NCBI RefSeq assembly: GCF_902713615.1
Contig: NC_052162.1
Span: 132,084,653-132,148,652 of the forward strand
Direction of reading: 5' to 3'
Length of the DNA stretch: 64,000 nt
Origin: Scyliorhinus canicula
Lineage: Eukaryota
Each line of letters begins with the position of its first letter. Within the stretch, counting starts at the first letter, position 1. Under the pieces are notes generated by a model. The model was not told the origin of the DNA and did not search any database. It saw nothing but the letters and a program-made list of their open reading frames with translations. Positions 24,531 to 36,500 of the stretch are shown piece by piece. Made by a program: the position numbers and the translations under genes.

Positions 24531-25059
24531 TAACCTAGGACAAAAGTTCGGCACAACATCGTGGGCTGAAGGGCCTGTTCTGTGCTGTATTTCTCTATCT
24601 ATCTATCTATCACCCCTGAAGGGCCTGGCTCGAACTTCCAGGTTCTGCCCCCTAATTCTGGTCACCCCCATCCCCACCAGGGATAGTTTCTCTCTATAGA
24701 ACCGATCAAATCTTTTATTCGGCTTCAACTGCTCGATTGGATCACCCTTTAATCTTCTATCTTCTATATTTGAGGGAATATGAGCCAAATATAACCTGTC
24801 CTCAGGATTTAACCCTTTCTGTCCGGGTTCTCCACAAGTGATCCAACCAGAGCTTTATTCAATCGGAGCACAGCGACCACCTCTTTGTATTCCAGTGTTC
24901 ATCACCAGCTACTGCACATTGAGAGATTCTGTTTCAATCTGATGTGAAGATTCATTAAAACCCAAATCCTGCCTGTTGTCTCTTTCACATGAAGTAAATT
25001 TTCCACCTTGCCCCTCGTGTCGGACACGATTGGTTATTCCACATGTGGGACATTTATTT

Positions 25060-26300
25060 CAATCAGCTTTGTGATTGGTGTAAATGACATGCTGTATGAG
25101 TGTGACCATGGTGCACTGACCCTCCTCATCCTGTTCAACATGTCTGCAGCCTTTCACACGATTGACCACATCATCCTCCCCCAATGTCTCTTCTCCATTA
25201 TCCAGCAAAGTGGGACGGCCCTCGCCTGTTTCCACTCTTCCCTGTCCAGTCATCGCCAGAGGTTCCCCTGCAATATCTTCTCTTCCTACCTCAACATCAT
25301 TACCTCCGGAGTTCCCAAGATTCTCGGTCTCTCTCCGATTGATAAAAATATCTTAAATCTGTGTTAATAACCCTCCGGCCAATGAAATCAGTTCCTCGAG
25401 ATTTACTCTGTGAAGAAACCTTGTAACATTGAACGGGCAGTTTTATTCACCCTCTCCTCAACTTCAATATGAGAACCATCCCAGCTTCTCCACACTCTCC
25501 ACATCCCCCATCCCTGCCACCATTCGGAATGGGAAGACGGAAGTCACTGTCTTCAGCTCCCAACACAAACTCTGTTCTTCAGTCACTGATTCCATCTCCA
25601 TCCCTGGCCACTGTCTCTGGCTGAATTGGGCCATTCACAGTCTCGGCCTCTAATCTGACTCTGAGCTGAGCATCCAAACCTCATCCTCTCCCTCACAAAG
25701 ACCACCTACTTCTGACCCTCTCACATCAGCCTTCTTCAACACTTCCTCAATTTATTCACTGCTCAAACCTTCCTCTCTACTTCAATTCCCTCCAGACAAC
25801 CCGATAATAATAATCTTGGTCACAAGTACGATTACATTAACATTGCAATGAAGTTACTGTGAAAGTCCCCGAGTGGCCACACTCTGGCACCTGTTCGGGT
25901 ACACTGAGGGAGAATTCAGAATGTCTAATTCACCAACAGTACGTCCTTCGAGACTATTTCAATGATCTCCTGGCTGTCCGCCCATCTCCCACCCTCCATA
26001 GATTTTACACTGGCTTTCAGTCCACCAGTGCCTCCCTGTTATAATTCCCATCCAGATTTTCAAATCCCTTCATGGTCTCACCCCTCCCTATCCCTAACTT
26101 CCCGCAAGCCCCAAATCCCTGCAGGAAATCCGCGTTCCTGCAACTCCGGCCTCTTGTCCATCCGACACTTCCTTTCCTCTATCACTGGCTGCTGTACCTT
26201 CAGTTGATGAGGCTCTAAGTGCTGGAATTCACACTGGACCCCTCTGTCTCTCCAGAGTTCAGACCTTCTTTAACACTGTCCTTAAAAACTACCGCTTCAT
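25060..26300 (+). mobile_element. Old L2-clade LINE fragment
   Basis: LLILFNMSAAFHTIDHIIL...ITSGVP resembles L2 RT (LDLSAAFDTVDH). Followed by a pyrimidine-rich L2-like 3' region. Confidence 0.6.
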
Positions 26301-26353
26301 TAATCTTCTGCTCACCGTCCTGTGAATAAAACCTTCTTGATCCTCTGCCCCAC

Positions 26354-26617
26354 CGGGAAAACGGGGCTGGTGGGATGGAGAATCCCGCTGCAGGCGGGGG
26401 AGGCAGCGTGCGGGAAAACGGGGCTGGTGGGATGGGGAATCCCGCTGCAGGCGGGGGAGGCAGCGTGCGGGAAAACGGGGCTGGTGGGACGGAGAATCCC
26501 GCTGCAGGCGGGGAGGCAGCGTGCGGGAAAACGGGGCTGGTGGGATGGAGAATCCCGCTGCAGGCGGGGAATGCAGCGCGCGGGAAAACGGGGCTGATGG
26601 GATGGAGAATCCCGCCC
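26354..26617. repeat. 57-bp tandem repeat, about 4.6 copies, built from a MITE terminus
   Basis: CGGGAAA at 26354, 26411, 26468, 26524, 26581. Each unit carries GGAGAATCCCGC. Confidence 0.85.
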
Positions 26618-29600
26618 GCTATATCCTGTAATCCCTGGATTGTGGCCCTGGGGGCTGCTTGCAGTCCCAGTCATGTCCACTGGAGCTCCTAATGCAGGGA
26701 GTGGAGAGCTGCCACGCAGTCAGGTTGGCTGGCAGCTCTATGAGGTGGGATATCCTCTCTAATGAGGGGCTGAAGTCCCACCTCCAGTCAGTTAACCCTT
26801 GTTGAAATGTTAACTGGCTGCAGGGCAGGCAGTATTAGCGGGAATGTGTTCTCCACCAACTCTTCAGATGGCAGGAAGGGAAACATCTCATTCCTAAAAC
26901 CCCTGGTCATAAAGCCATTACAGGGGGAGAAGGAAGCCATTCAGCCCATTGAGACCACACCATCGCTCAGTAACACATACTAGTCAGTCCCATTCTCCCG
27001 CTCTCTCCCCGTATCTCTACAAGATCATTTCCCCCAAACCCAATTATATGCCATCTGGAGTCACAAAATCTGAAATTTCCTTCGCCCTTTCAGATAAAGG
27101 CAACTATCAGTAAATCCAATTTGGAAATAAAAGTGGATTGTCCCACTTTCTCAAGGCAATCCTCCAAACGTGGGATAGGGTAATAGTTCCCTATCCGGAA
27201 GAGTCCGTTCTTGTAACTGCATTCACCTTTCGATAGTCCACACACAACCATTGGGTACCGTCTGGTTTAGGTACCATCACTATGGGTGAGCTCCATTGGC
27301 TGCAACCCACTTCAATTATGCCATTTTTCAGCATACTCTCAATCTCTCTGTTAACCTGTGCCAATTTGAAAGGATTAAGTCTATATGGATGTTGTTTGAT
27401 AGGAACAGCATTTCCCACATCTATATCGTGTACAGCCATTTTAGTACTTCCCAATTTATCTCTATAAACTTGCCCATGTGATATCAATAACTCTTTCAGG
27501 TCAGTTCGTTTTTCCTCTGGAAGGTAACTTAACAATTCATCCCAATTTTTAAGAACATCCTCATTTTCCAATTTAATTTGAGGTATGTCAAGTTCACAGT
27601 CATCTGGATTTGGTTCGTCACTTTGAGTTAGAATCATTAAAATTTCCTTTTTCTCTCCTTCCCTTTCAAAGTACCTTTAAGCATATTCACACGACACACT
27701 CGGTGTGTCTTCCTTCTATCTGGTGTTTTTACCACATAATTCACCTCACTTAATTTCTTTTCAATCTGATACGGTCCACAAAACCGAGCTTTTAAAGGTT
27801 CACCTACCACTGGTAACAACACTAAAACTTTATCCCCACTGTCAAAACTGCGAACTTTGGATTTGTTGTCCGCTACCCATTTCATCACATTTTGTGCAAC
27901 TTTCAAATGTTGTCCATCCAATTCACCTGCTCTATTTAATCATTCCCTAAAATTTGGCACGTAATCCAATCGTGTAATTTCCGATTTCTCACTCACCAAT
28001 TTTTCTTTAATCAATTTAAGTGGTCCTCTTACCCCATGACCAAAAATTAGTTCAAAAGGACTAAATTTGGTAGACTCATTAGGTGCATCCCTAATTGCAA
28101 ACAATACGAATGGGATTCCTTTATCCCAATCCTCTGGACAATCTTGACCATACGCCCTCAAGATTGTCTTTAATGTCTGATGTCACCTTTCTAACCCTCC
28201 CTGCGATTCTGGATGGTACGCAGTTGATTTAAATTGATTTATTCCTAAGCTATCCATAACTTCTTTGAACAACTTTGAAGTAAAATTCGATCCTTGATCC
28301 GATTGAATTTCTGTGGGTAGTCCATATCTAGTAAAGAATTTAAGTAACTCCACAATCCTTTTAGCTGTAATATTACGTACTGGAATCACATCTGGAAACC
28401 TAGTAGACACATCCATTATAGTCAAAAGATATTGATTCCCACTTTTTGTTTTAGGAAGCGGTCCTACACAATCGATTAGGACCCATGTAAAAGGTTCCTC
28501 AAATGCTGGAATGGGTATTAAGGGCGCTGGTTTTATCACTGTTGAGGTTTCCCTATCACTTTCACATGTATGACATGATTGACAAAATTTGACTACATCT
28601 TTATGTAGTCCAGGCCAATAAAAATGTTTCTGGATTTTAGCTTGAGTTTTCCTTATTCCCAAATGACCTCCCACTGGTACCTCATGTGCAACTCGCAACA
28701 CCTCCTTTCTATACCCTACCGGCAATACTACTTGATGAACTTCTGCCCACTTTTCATCTGCCTGCATATGTACAGGTCTCCATTTTCTCATCAAGGCATC
28801 ACTTTTACGGTAATAACACTCCTGGTATACCCTCAGATTCCTCTTCCGTATATGCTTTCTGATATATCCGTTTTATTTCTACATCTTTCTGTTGTAACTC
28901 TGCCAATTTTCCTGAACTAAAAATATCCGCCTCATCCTCCACCTGTTCTTGTTCTTTTTCAACCATCTGACCAAAAATCGTTTCTGATAATTGCACTTCA
29001 ACTTCATCTTCACTCTTTGATTTCTCCTGTTGTCTTAACTTGTGACTTTGCGACCGGGTTACTACACAATCCGGAAAAATTCAACCCTTCAGTTTTCTGA
29101 TTTTCCACTGGCTTATCAACCACAGTAGGCATCACTCCCACCTGTGATTCAGCTATATCATTACCCAATATAAACTGTATTCCTGGACAAGATCGTTTAT
29201 CTATTACTCCTACTACCACTTCACCACTCTTCCCTGGACTTTCCAACCTTACCTTATATAATGGAACGCTACTCCTCTCACCCTGAATTCCACATATCAC
29301 CACCTTTTCTGGCAACATTCTTCCCAAACTACATAATTCCTCATCTCTTACCATTAAAGATTGACTAGCCCCTGTATCTCTTAAAATTGTGAATTCTTTA
29401 CCTGCTCCTCCTGATACACACGAGTAAACTTTACCTACACAAGTATATTCTTTAAAGACATCTGGCACCGTCTTAACAATTACTTCTTGAACAGGCTGTA
29501 CAATCGTTTGCACCTCCTTCACTTCCCTTGGGCTTTCCTTTCCCACTCCAAGAAATCCCACTGTCTTATCCTGTCTTATCGTGTTTGAAACAAACCTGTT

Positions 29601-30585
29601 GGACTTTAACCTGGTGTTGTAAGACTTCTTACTGTTATCCTGTTTTATCACATCTGCCTTTCCAGTGCTTTTCTTCAAGCCCCAACACTCTGACTTTACA
29701 TGACCTAGTTTATTACAGTGAAAACATTTGAAACTTTTCATTTCTTTTCCACCCTCTTGGATTTATTTTTTAATCTAAGGTATCCACTCTCTTTGTTGTC
29801 TCCCATCAGATCATCTTTACCTTTACCACTTGATTATTTCTCATGTCCCCAGTTTCTGTCCCTCACCGGCTGAAACTGATGTCGGAAACCAATCTTTGAT
29901 TTATGAACTAATTCACAATCATCTGTCATTTCTGCTGCTAATCTCACAGTTTTAACCCTCTGTGTTCCACATGAGTTCTCACTACATCAGTAATTGAATT
30001 TTTAAACTCCTCCAAAAGTATAATTTCTCTGAGAGCTTCATACGTTTGATCTATTTTCAAAGCCCTTATCCACCTATCAAAATGACTCTGTTTGAGCCTT
30101 TCAAACTCCATGTATGATTGACCAAATTCTTTCCTTAAATTTCTAAACCTTTGTCTTTAAGCTTCAGGCACTAGCTCATATGCACTTAAGATGGATTTCT
30201 TCACCTTCTCATACGTTCCAGATACCTCCTCCAGTAGTGATGCAAACATTTCATAAGCTCTACCTACCAGCTTTGTTTGAATCAGTAACACCCACATGTC
30301 CTGTGGCCATTTCACTTGTTTAGCTACAATCTCAAATGAAATGAAAAAGGCTTCCACTTCCTTCTCATCAAACTTTGGCAATGCTTGGACATATTTAAAT
30401 AGATTCCCACCAAGCCTTCAACTATGATGCTCCTTACTATCCTCATCACTATCATCCAACTGTACGTTTCCCTTTATGTCTGCCAATTTTAATTGACTTT
30501 CATGTTTCATAGCCATTTTCTGAATTTCAAACTCCCTCTCTTTATCTTTTTCCCTGATCTGTATCTCCCTTTCTTTTTCTTTTTG

Positions 30586-30718
30586 NNNNNNNNNNNNNNN
30601 NNNNNNNNNNNNNNNNNNNNNNNNNNNNNNNNNNNNNNNNNNNNNNNNNNNNNNNNNNNNNNNNNNNNNNNNNNNNNNNNNNNNNNNNNNNNNNNNNNNN
30701 NNNNNNNNNNNNNNNNNN
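30586..30718. other. Assembly gap (133 N) within the gag coiled-coil repeat
   Basis: Run of N flanked by E/K-rich low-complexity coding sequence. Confidence 1.
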
Positions 30719-31079
30719 CGCTTTAATTCTTTCTCACGTTCCATTTGTTTAATTTGCAACTGAATTTTTGCCATTTCCAATGAGTCAGACTGTATCTCAG
30801 GCAACTTTAAATGCTTAACCGCCGCCATAATTACCTCATCTTTTTGCATTTTGTCAGGTAATGTTAACTGCAATGTTTTTGCCAAATCTAACAGTCTGCT
30901 TTTCGTCTCTGTATGTAAGGTACTGCGTGTGACATTCTCCACCCCCAAAAACTTCTGAGCCTCTGAAAGAGCCATTGTTCACAACACTGTCCCCACTTAA
31001 ACTAAAATACCACACCGGAAACGCAACAATCCTTTACTGTCTTTAAGTTTACAAAAGCCAATCCAATAGATAGACTTTT

Positions 31080-31097
31080 ATCCCCCTCGAGCCCCCA
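31080..31097 (-). promoter_or_regulatory. Primer-binding site, tRNA-Pro-like
   Basis: TGGGGGCTCGAGGGGGAT matches 15/18 of the tRNA-Pro PBS TGGGGGCTCGTCCGGGAT, 2 nt after the LTR end ...CCCATAACA. Confidence 0.8.
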
Positions 31098-31099
31098 AT

Positions 31100-31660
31100 T
31101 GTTATGGGAGCGGCATTTTCAGAACCCCAAAATGTATCATGGAGTTCAAGCAACCTTTCCCTTTAATGGATTGTTGCTTTTGAAGCACGCGCTTGGTCTC
31201 CAGGTGAGGTATTACAATTATGGACACGTGGGTATTTAAACACAAAACAATGTTTATTCCATGAATTCAACTTAACCTTTTTAAATAAACATTGGATCCC
31301 TTAACACCCCTTACTTCAAAGATAACCCCGAAAATGATACACTAAATAATCCCTCAAAATGTTCCTTCAAACCTCCAAAAGACTTAACACCTTTAAACAG
31401 AAACACATCAGGTTATTATGATTTTAAATCACCCAAATGATTCAAAGATAGTCTTTCCTGGCAGAGATCACAGCAAATCTAGCTCACTGCAAAACACAGA
31501 CACACCCAAGCTCTTTTCCTCTAAACTGAAACTAAAAAGCAGAAGTGAGCACAGCTCAGATCCCCCCACCCTCTGACATCACTTCAGTAATATGAGCTGC
31601 TCTATTTCTTAAAGGTGCATTGCTTAAACATCAATTTCTCAAAGGTACTCTCACATGATA
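31100..31660 (-). mobile_element. 5' LTR of the Gmr1-like element (~561 bp)
   Basis: Ends in ACA directly before the PBS. Starts TATCATGTGAGAGTACC (TG decayed to TA). Confidence 0.75.
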
Positions 31661-32560
31661 CTTTAGAAATAACTCATCATCTCTGCTTCCAGGATCCTCG
31701 CAGACAGTGAGTTCTCATGTTGAGTAAATCGGTTTGTCATACCAGCACCCTGTATCTGTGCCTTCAAACCTTCAATCAAAATCCCCAAGTCCTTATCCCA
31801 TCATCCAATGGGGCAGCTTTTCTTTGTCCAGCTTTTCTACATGTCATTGTCTTGTCCAACTTGATCAGATCTCCCCTCAACTCCTTCCAGCTTCCCCAAC
31901 AAAACCTTGGAGATAAACCCCCTCATCGCTCACATCCTTCACAACCCTCACTTCCTTCCTAAAGTGTGGTGACTATTTTGGAGATCATTTGCCAATGGGT
32001 CTGGCCATGGATGAGACCGGAGAATCCTGCGTTGGGTTTCTGATTCCCAAATCCAAATTCATTTTGTAAATGGTGAACAACAGTGGTCCCAGCGTCATTC
32101 CTTGTGGAACACCACTTCTCACCATTTACCAATCTAATAACTAACTTTATCTCTGTTTTCTGTCAGGTAACCAGCTTATTCTCCATTCTGTGATAGTCCC
32201 GATTCCCACGTTCTGGCCGTCGTAATGAATATTTTCTGAGGTACTTATAGCAGACCTGGTGGAAATCTAAATGTGTTATATCTACCACATCACTCTTATC
32301 TTCCTCTTCAGGTAAATTTTTACAGATTTCAATAATATTTATCAAGCAACAACTTTCCTTTTCCTCTCCACACTGATTGCACTTTGTTTTATTTTCAGTT
32401 CCTTGATATTTTTCTGTCACTTGTTTCAGTAAAGATTCCATTATCTTTCCAACAGCTGACAATTGACAAACTGGCCTTTTGGTACTTGTATTTTTTGTGT
32501 CTCTTTTTAAATCGAGAAATCGCATTAGCTATGTAATATGTAATTAATGTAATTATCACA

Positions 32561-33000
32561 GGGAGTGTGTGATGGGGACGGTGTAGAGGGCGCTTTACTC
32601 TGTATCTAACCCCGTGCTGTACCTGTCCTGGGAGTGTTTGATGGGAACGGTGTAGAGGGAGCTTTACTCTGTATCTAACCCCGTGCTGTACCTGTCCTGG
32701 GAGTGTTTGATGGGGACAGTGTGGAGGGAGCTTTACTCTGTATCTAACCCCGTGCTGTACCTGTCCTGGGAGTGTTTGATGGGGACAGTGTAGAGGGAGC
32801 TTTACTCTGTATCTAACCCTGTGCTGTCCCTGCCCTGGGAGTGTTTGATGGGGACAGTGTAAAGGGAGCTTTACTCTGTATCTAACCCCGTGCTGTACCT
32901 GTCCTGGGAGTGTTTGATGGGGACAGTGTAGAGGGAGCTTTACTCTCTATCTAACCCCGTGCTGTATCTGTCCTGGGAGTGTTTGATGGGGACAGTGTAG
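32561..33000. repeat. Second array of the 69-bp minisatellite, about 6 copies
   Basis: Same unit as 746-1431. Confidence 0.95.
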
Positions 33001-33556
33001 ATTGATTGCAGAAAACCTAACCTGTTTGCCTGAGGTGAATCATAAGATTGGGAGGTTGAGGTATTTGAATGAAGCCGAAATGAGCAGTTCTTAAATCTCT
33101 CAAAAGCTGTCCTCATTTACTAGGAGCTCAGTGACTATTTGTCATTAATACTTGACAGGTGTCCGAAACTCAGCGATATCATCAAGACAAGTTCCTTCTC
33201 CTTCCACTTCCTCTCAGAGATCACAGTCAGGTTTAATCTGAGCACGGGGACCTCCCAGAGGGACTTTGTTACTAAAAAGAATAAGCTCATTGCTTTAATT
33301 ATGGAAATACAATTTGGATATTGTTCTTTGCGCCAATAAACAGGTTTCTATTTACTGAAAGGTGATCGGTGATAGACTGGCTTAACTGAAACTCATGGTC
33401 AAAAGATCGGCAACATCAAAACCTCCAAGATGCTGCTAACAATCCACATGTCCTGAGGAAGTTATGGATCTGAAATAGGGTTACTGAGTTGACAATTTTA
33501 TCATCCCAAATTAAAGCTGTTGGACAACTTACCAAAAAGAGAATCTGGAAACCATG

Positions 33557-36500
33557 GAAACACAGTTACAGTGTCGGACTGTACACAGTGTGACTGAACT
33601 GTACAGAAACACAGTCACAGTTTGGGACGGTACACAGATTGAGGGGAATGTACAGAAACACAGTTACAGTGTGGGACTGTACACAGTGTGACTGAACTGT
33701 ACAGAAATGCAGTTACAGTGTGGGACTGTACACAGAGTGAGGGAACTGTACAGAAACACAGTTACAGTAGTCGACTGTACAAAGAGTGAGGGAACTGTAC
33801 AGAAACATAGTTACAGTGTGGGACTGTACACAGAATGAGGGAACTGTACAGAAACACAGTTACAGTGTGGGACTGTACGCAGAGTGAGGGAACTGTGCAG
33901 AAACACAATTACAGTGTGGGACTGTACACAGAGTGAGGGAACTGTACAGAAACACAGTCACAGTTTTGGACGGTACACAGAGTGAGGGGAATGTACAGAA
34001 ACACAGTTACAGTGTGAGACTGTACACAGTGTGACTGAACTGTACAGAAATGCAGTTACAGTGTGGGACTGTACACAGAGTGAGGGAACTGTACAGAGTT
34101 ACAGTTACAGTGTGGGACTGTTCACAGTGTGAGGGAACTGTACAGAAACACAGTTACAGTTTGGGACTGTACACAGAATGAGGGTAATGTACAGAAACAC
34201 AGTTACAATGTAGGACTGTACACAGAGTGAGGGGAATGTACAGAAACACAGTTACAGTGTGGGACTGTACACAGTGTGAGGGAACTGTACAGAAATGCTG
34301 TTACAGTGTGGGACTGTACACAGAGTGAGGGAACTGTACAGAAACACAGTTACAGTGTGGGACTGTGCACAGAGTGAGGGTACTGTACAGAGACAAAGCT
34401 ACAGTGCGGGGCCGTACACAGAGTGAGGGAACTGTACAGAAGCACAGTTACAGTGTGGGACCGTACACTGTGTGAGGAAACCATACAGAATCAGAGTTAC
34501 AGTATGGGACTGTTCACAGAGTGAGGGGATTGTATAGAAACACAGGTACAGTGTGGGACTGTACACATAATGGGGGTATTGTACCGAAACACAGTTACAG
34601 TGTGGGACTGTACACAGAGTGTGGGACTTTACAAAAACACAGTTACAGTGTGGGACTGTACACAGCGTGAGGGAAATGTACAGAGATACAGTTACAGTGT
34701 GGAACTGTTTACGGAGTGAGGGAACTGTGCAGAAACACAGTTACAGTGTGGGACCGTACACATAGTGAGGGAACCGTACAGAAACAGAGTTACAGTGTGG
34801 GACTGTTCACAGAATAAGGGGATTGTACAGAAACACAGTTACAGTGTGGGACTGTACACAGTGTGAGGGAACTGTATAGAAACACAGTAACAGTGTGGGA
34901 CCGTACACAGAGTGATGGAACTGTACAGAAACACAGTTACAGTGTGAGACTGTACACATTGTGAGGGAACTGTACAGAAACACAGTTACAGTATTCGACT
35001 GTACAAAGAGTGAGGGAACTGTACAGAAACATAGTTACAGTGTGGGACTGTACACAGAATGAGGGAACTGTAGAGAAACATAGTTACAGTGTGGATTGTA
35101 TGCAGAGTGAGGGGACTGTGCAGAAACACAATTACAGTGTGGGACTGTACACAGAGTGAGGGAACTGTACAGAAATGCTGTTACAGTGTCGGACTGTACA
35201 CAGAGTGAGGGTACTGTACAGAGACAAAGCTACAGTGCGGGGCCGTACACAGAGTGAGGGAACTGTACAGAAGCACAGTTACAGTGTGGGACCGTACATT
35301 GTGTGAGGAAACAATACAGAATCAGAGTTACAGTATTGGACTGTTCACTGAGTGAGGGGATTGTATAGAAACACAGGTACAGGGTGGGACTGTACACATA
35401 ATGGGGGTACTGTACCGAAACACAGTTAGTGTGGGACTGTACACAGAGTGTGGGACTTTACAAAAACACAGTTACAGTGTGGGACTGTACACAGCGTGAG
35501 GGAAATGTACAGAGATACAGTTACAGTGTGGAACTGTTGACGGAGTGAGGGAACTGTGCAGAAACACAGTTACAGTGTGGGACTGTACACATAGTGAGGG
35601 AACCGTACAGAAACAGAGTTACAGTGTGGGACTGTTCACAGAATAAGGGGATTGTACAGAAACACAGTTACAGTGTGGGACTGTACACAGTGTGAGGGAA
35701 CTGTATAGAAACACAGTAACAGTGTGGGACCGTACACAGAGTGATGGAACTGTACAGAAACACAGTTACAGTGTGAGACTGTACACATTGTGAGGGAACT
35801 GTACAGAAACACAGTTACAGTATTCGACTGTACAAAGAGTGAGGGAATGTACAGAAACACAGTTACAGTGTGGGATTGCAGACAGACTGAGGGAACTGTA
35901 CAGAAATACAGTTACAGTGTGGGGCTGTACACAGAGTGAGGGAACTGTACAGAAACACAGTTACAGTGTGGGACTGTACACAGAATGAGGGAACTGTACA
36001 GAGACACAGTTGCAGTGTGGGACTGTACACAGTGAGGTTAATGTACAGTAACACAGTTACAATGTGGGACTGTACACAGAGTGAGGGGAATGTACAGAAA
36101 CACAGTTACAGTGTGGGATTGCAGACAGAGTGAGGGAACTGTACAGAAATACAGATACAGTGTGGGACTGTACACAGTGAGGGAACTGTACAGAAACACA
36201 GTTACAGTGTGGGACTGTGCACAGAGTCAGGGTACTGTACAGAGTCAAAGCTACAGGGCGGGGCCATACACAGAGTGAGGGAACTGTACAGAAGCACAGT
36301 TACAGTGTGGTACCGTACACTGTGTGAGGGAACCATACAGAATCAGAGTTACAGTGTGGGACTGTTCAAGAGTGAGGGGATTGTACAGAAACACAGGTAC
36401 AGTGTGGGTCTGTACACATAATGGGGGTACTGTACTGAAACACAGTTACAGTGTGGGACTGTACACAGAGTGTGGGACTTTACAAAAACACAGTTACAGT

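Larger units (their letters stand above)
16850..24612 (+). mobile_element. Near-full-length CR1 LINE (CR1-A), split by a nested CR1 and a SINE
   Basis: 5' UTR with ~52-bp tandem repeats, ORF1, ORF2 endonuclease up to DKSPGxDGI (19922), resuming at YPRILWQAR (22858) with RT (FADDTKIGG). 3' UTR ends in (TCTA)n near 24612. Confidence 0.88.
27050..31660 (-). mobile_element. Gmr1-like Ty3/Gypsy LTR retrotransposon, 3'-truncated and degenerate
   Basis: Order on minus strand: LTR, PBS, gag (MALSEAQKFL; YRQRFR SCAN-like region), zinc knuckle CFHCNKLGHVKSEC, protease LRDTGA, integrase (GHLGIRKT...CQSC; DCVGPLP; SDQGSNF), then RT (IKQHPYRLNP; SPIVMVPKPDG; CVDYRKVN; YPIPRLED), truncated near 27050. Confidence 0.9.
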
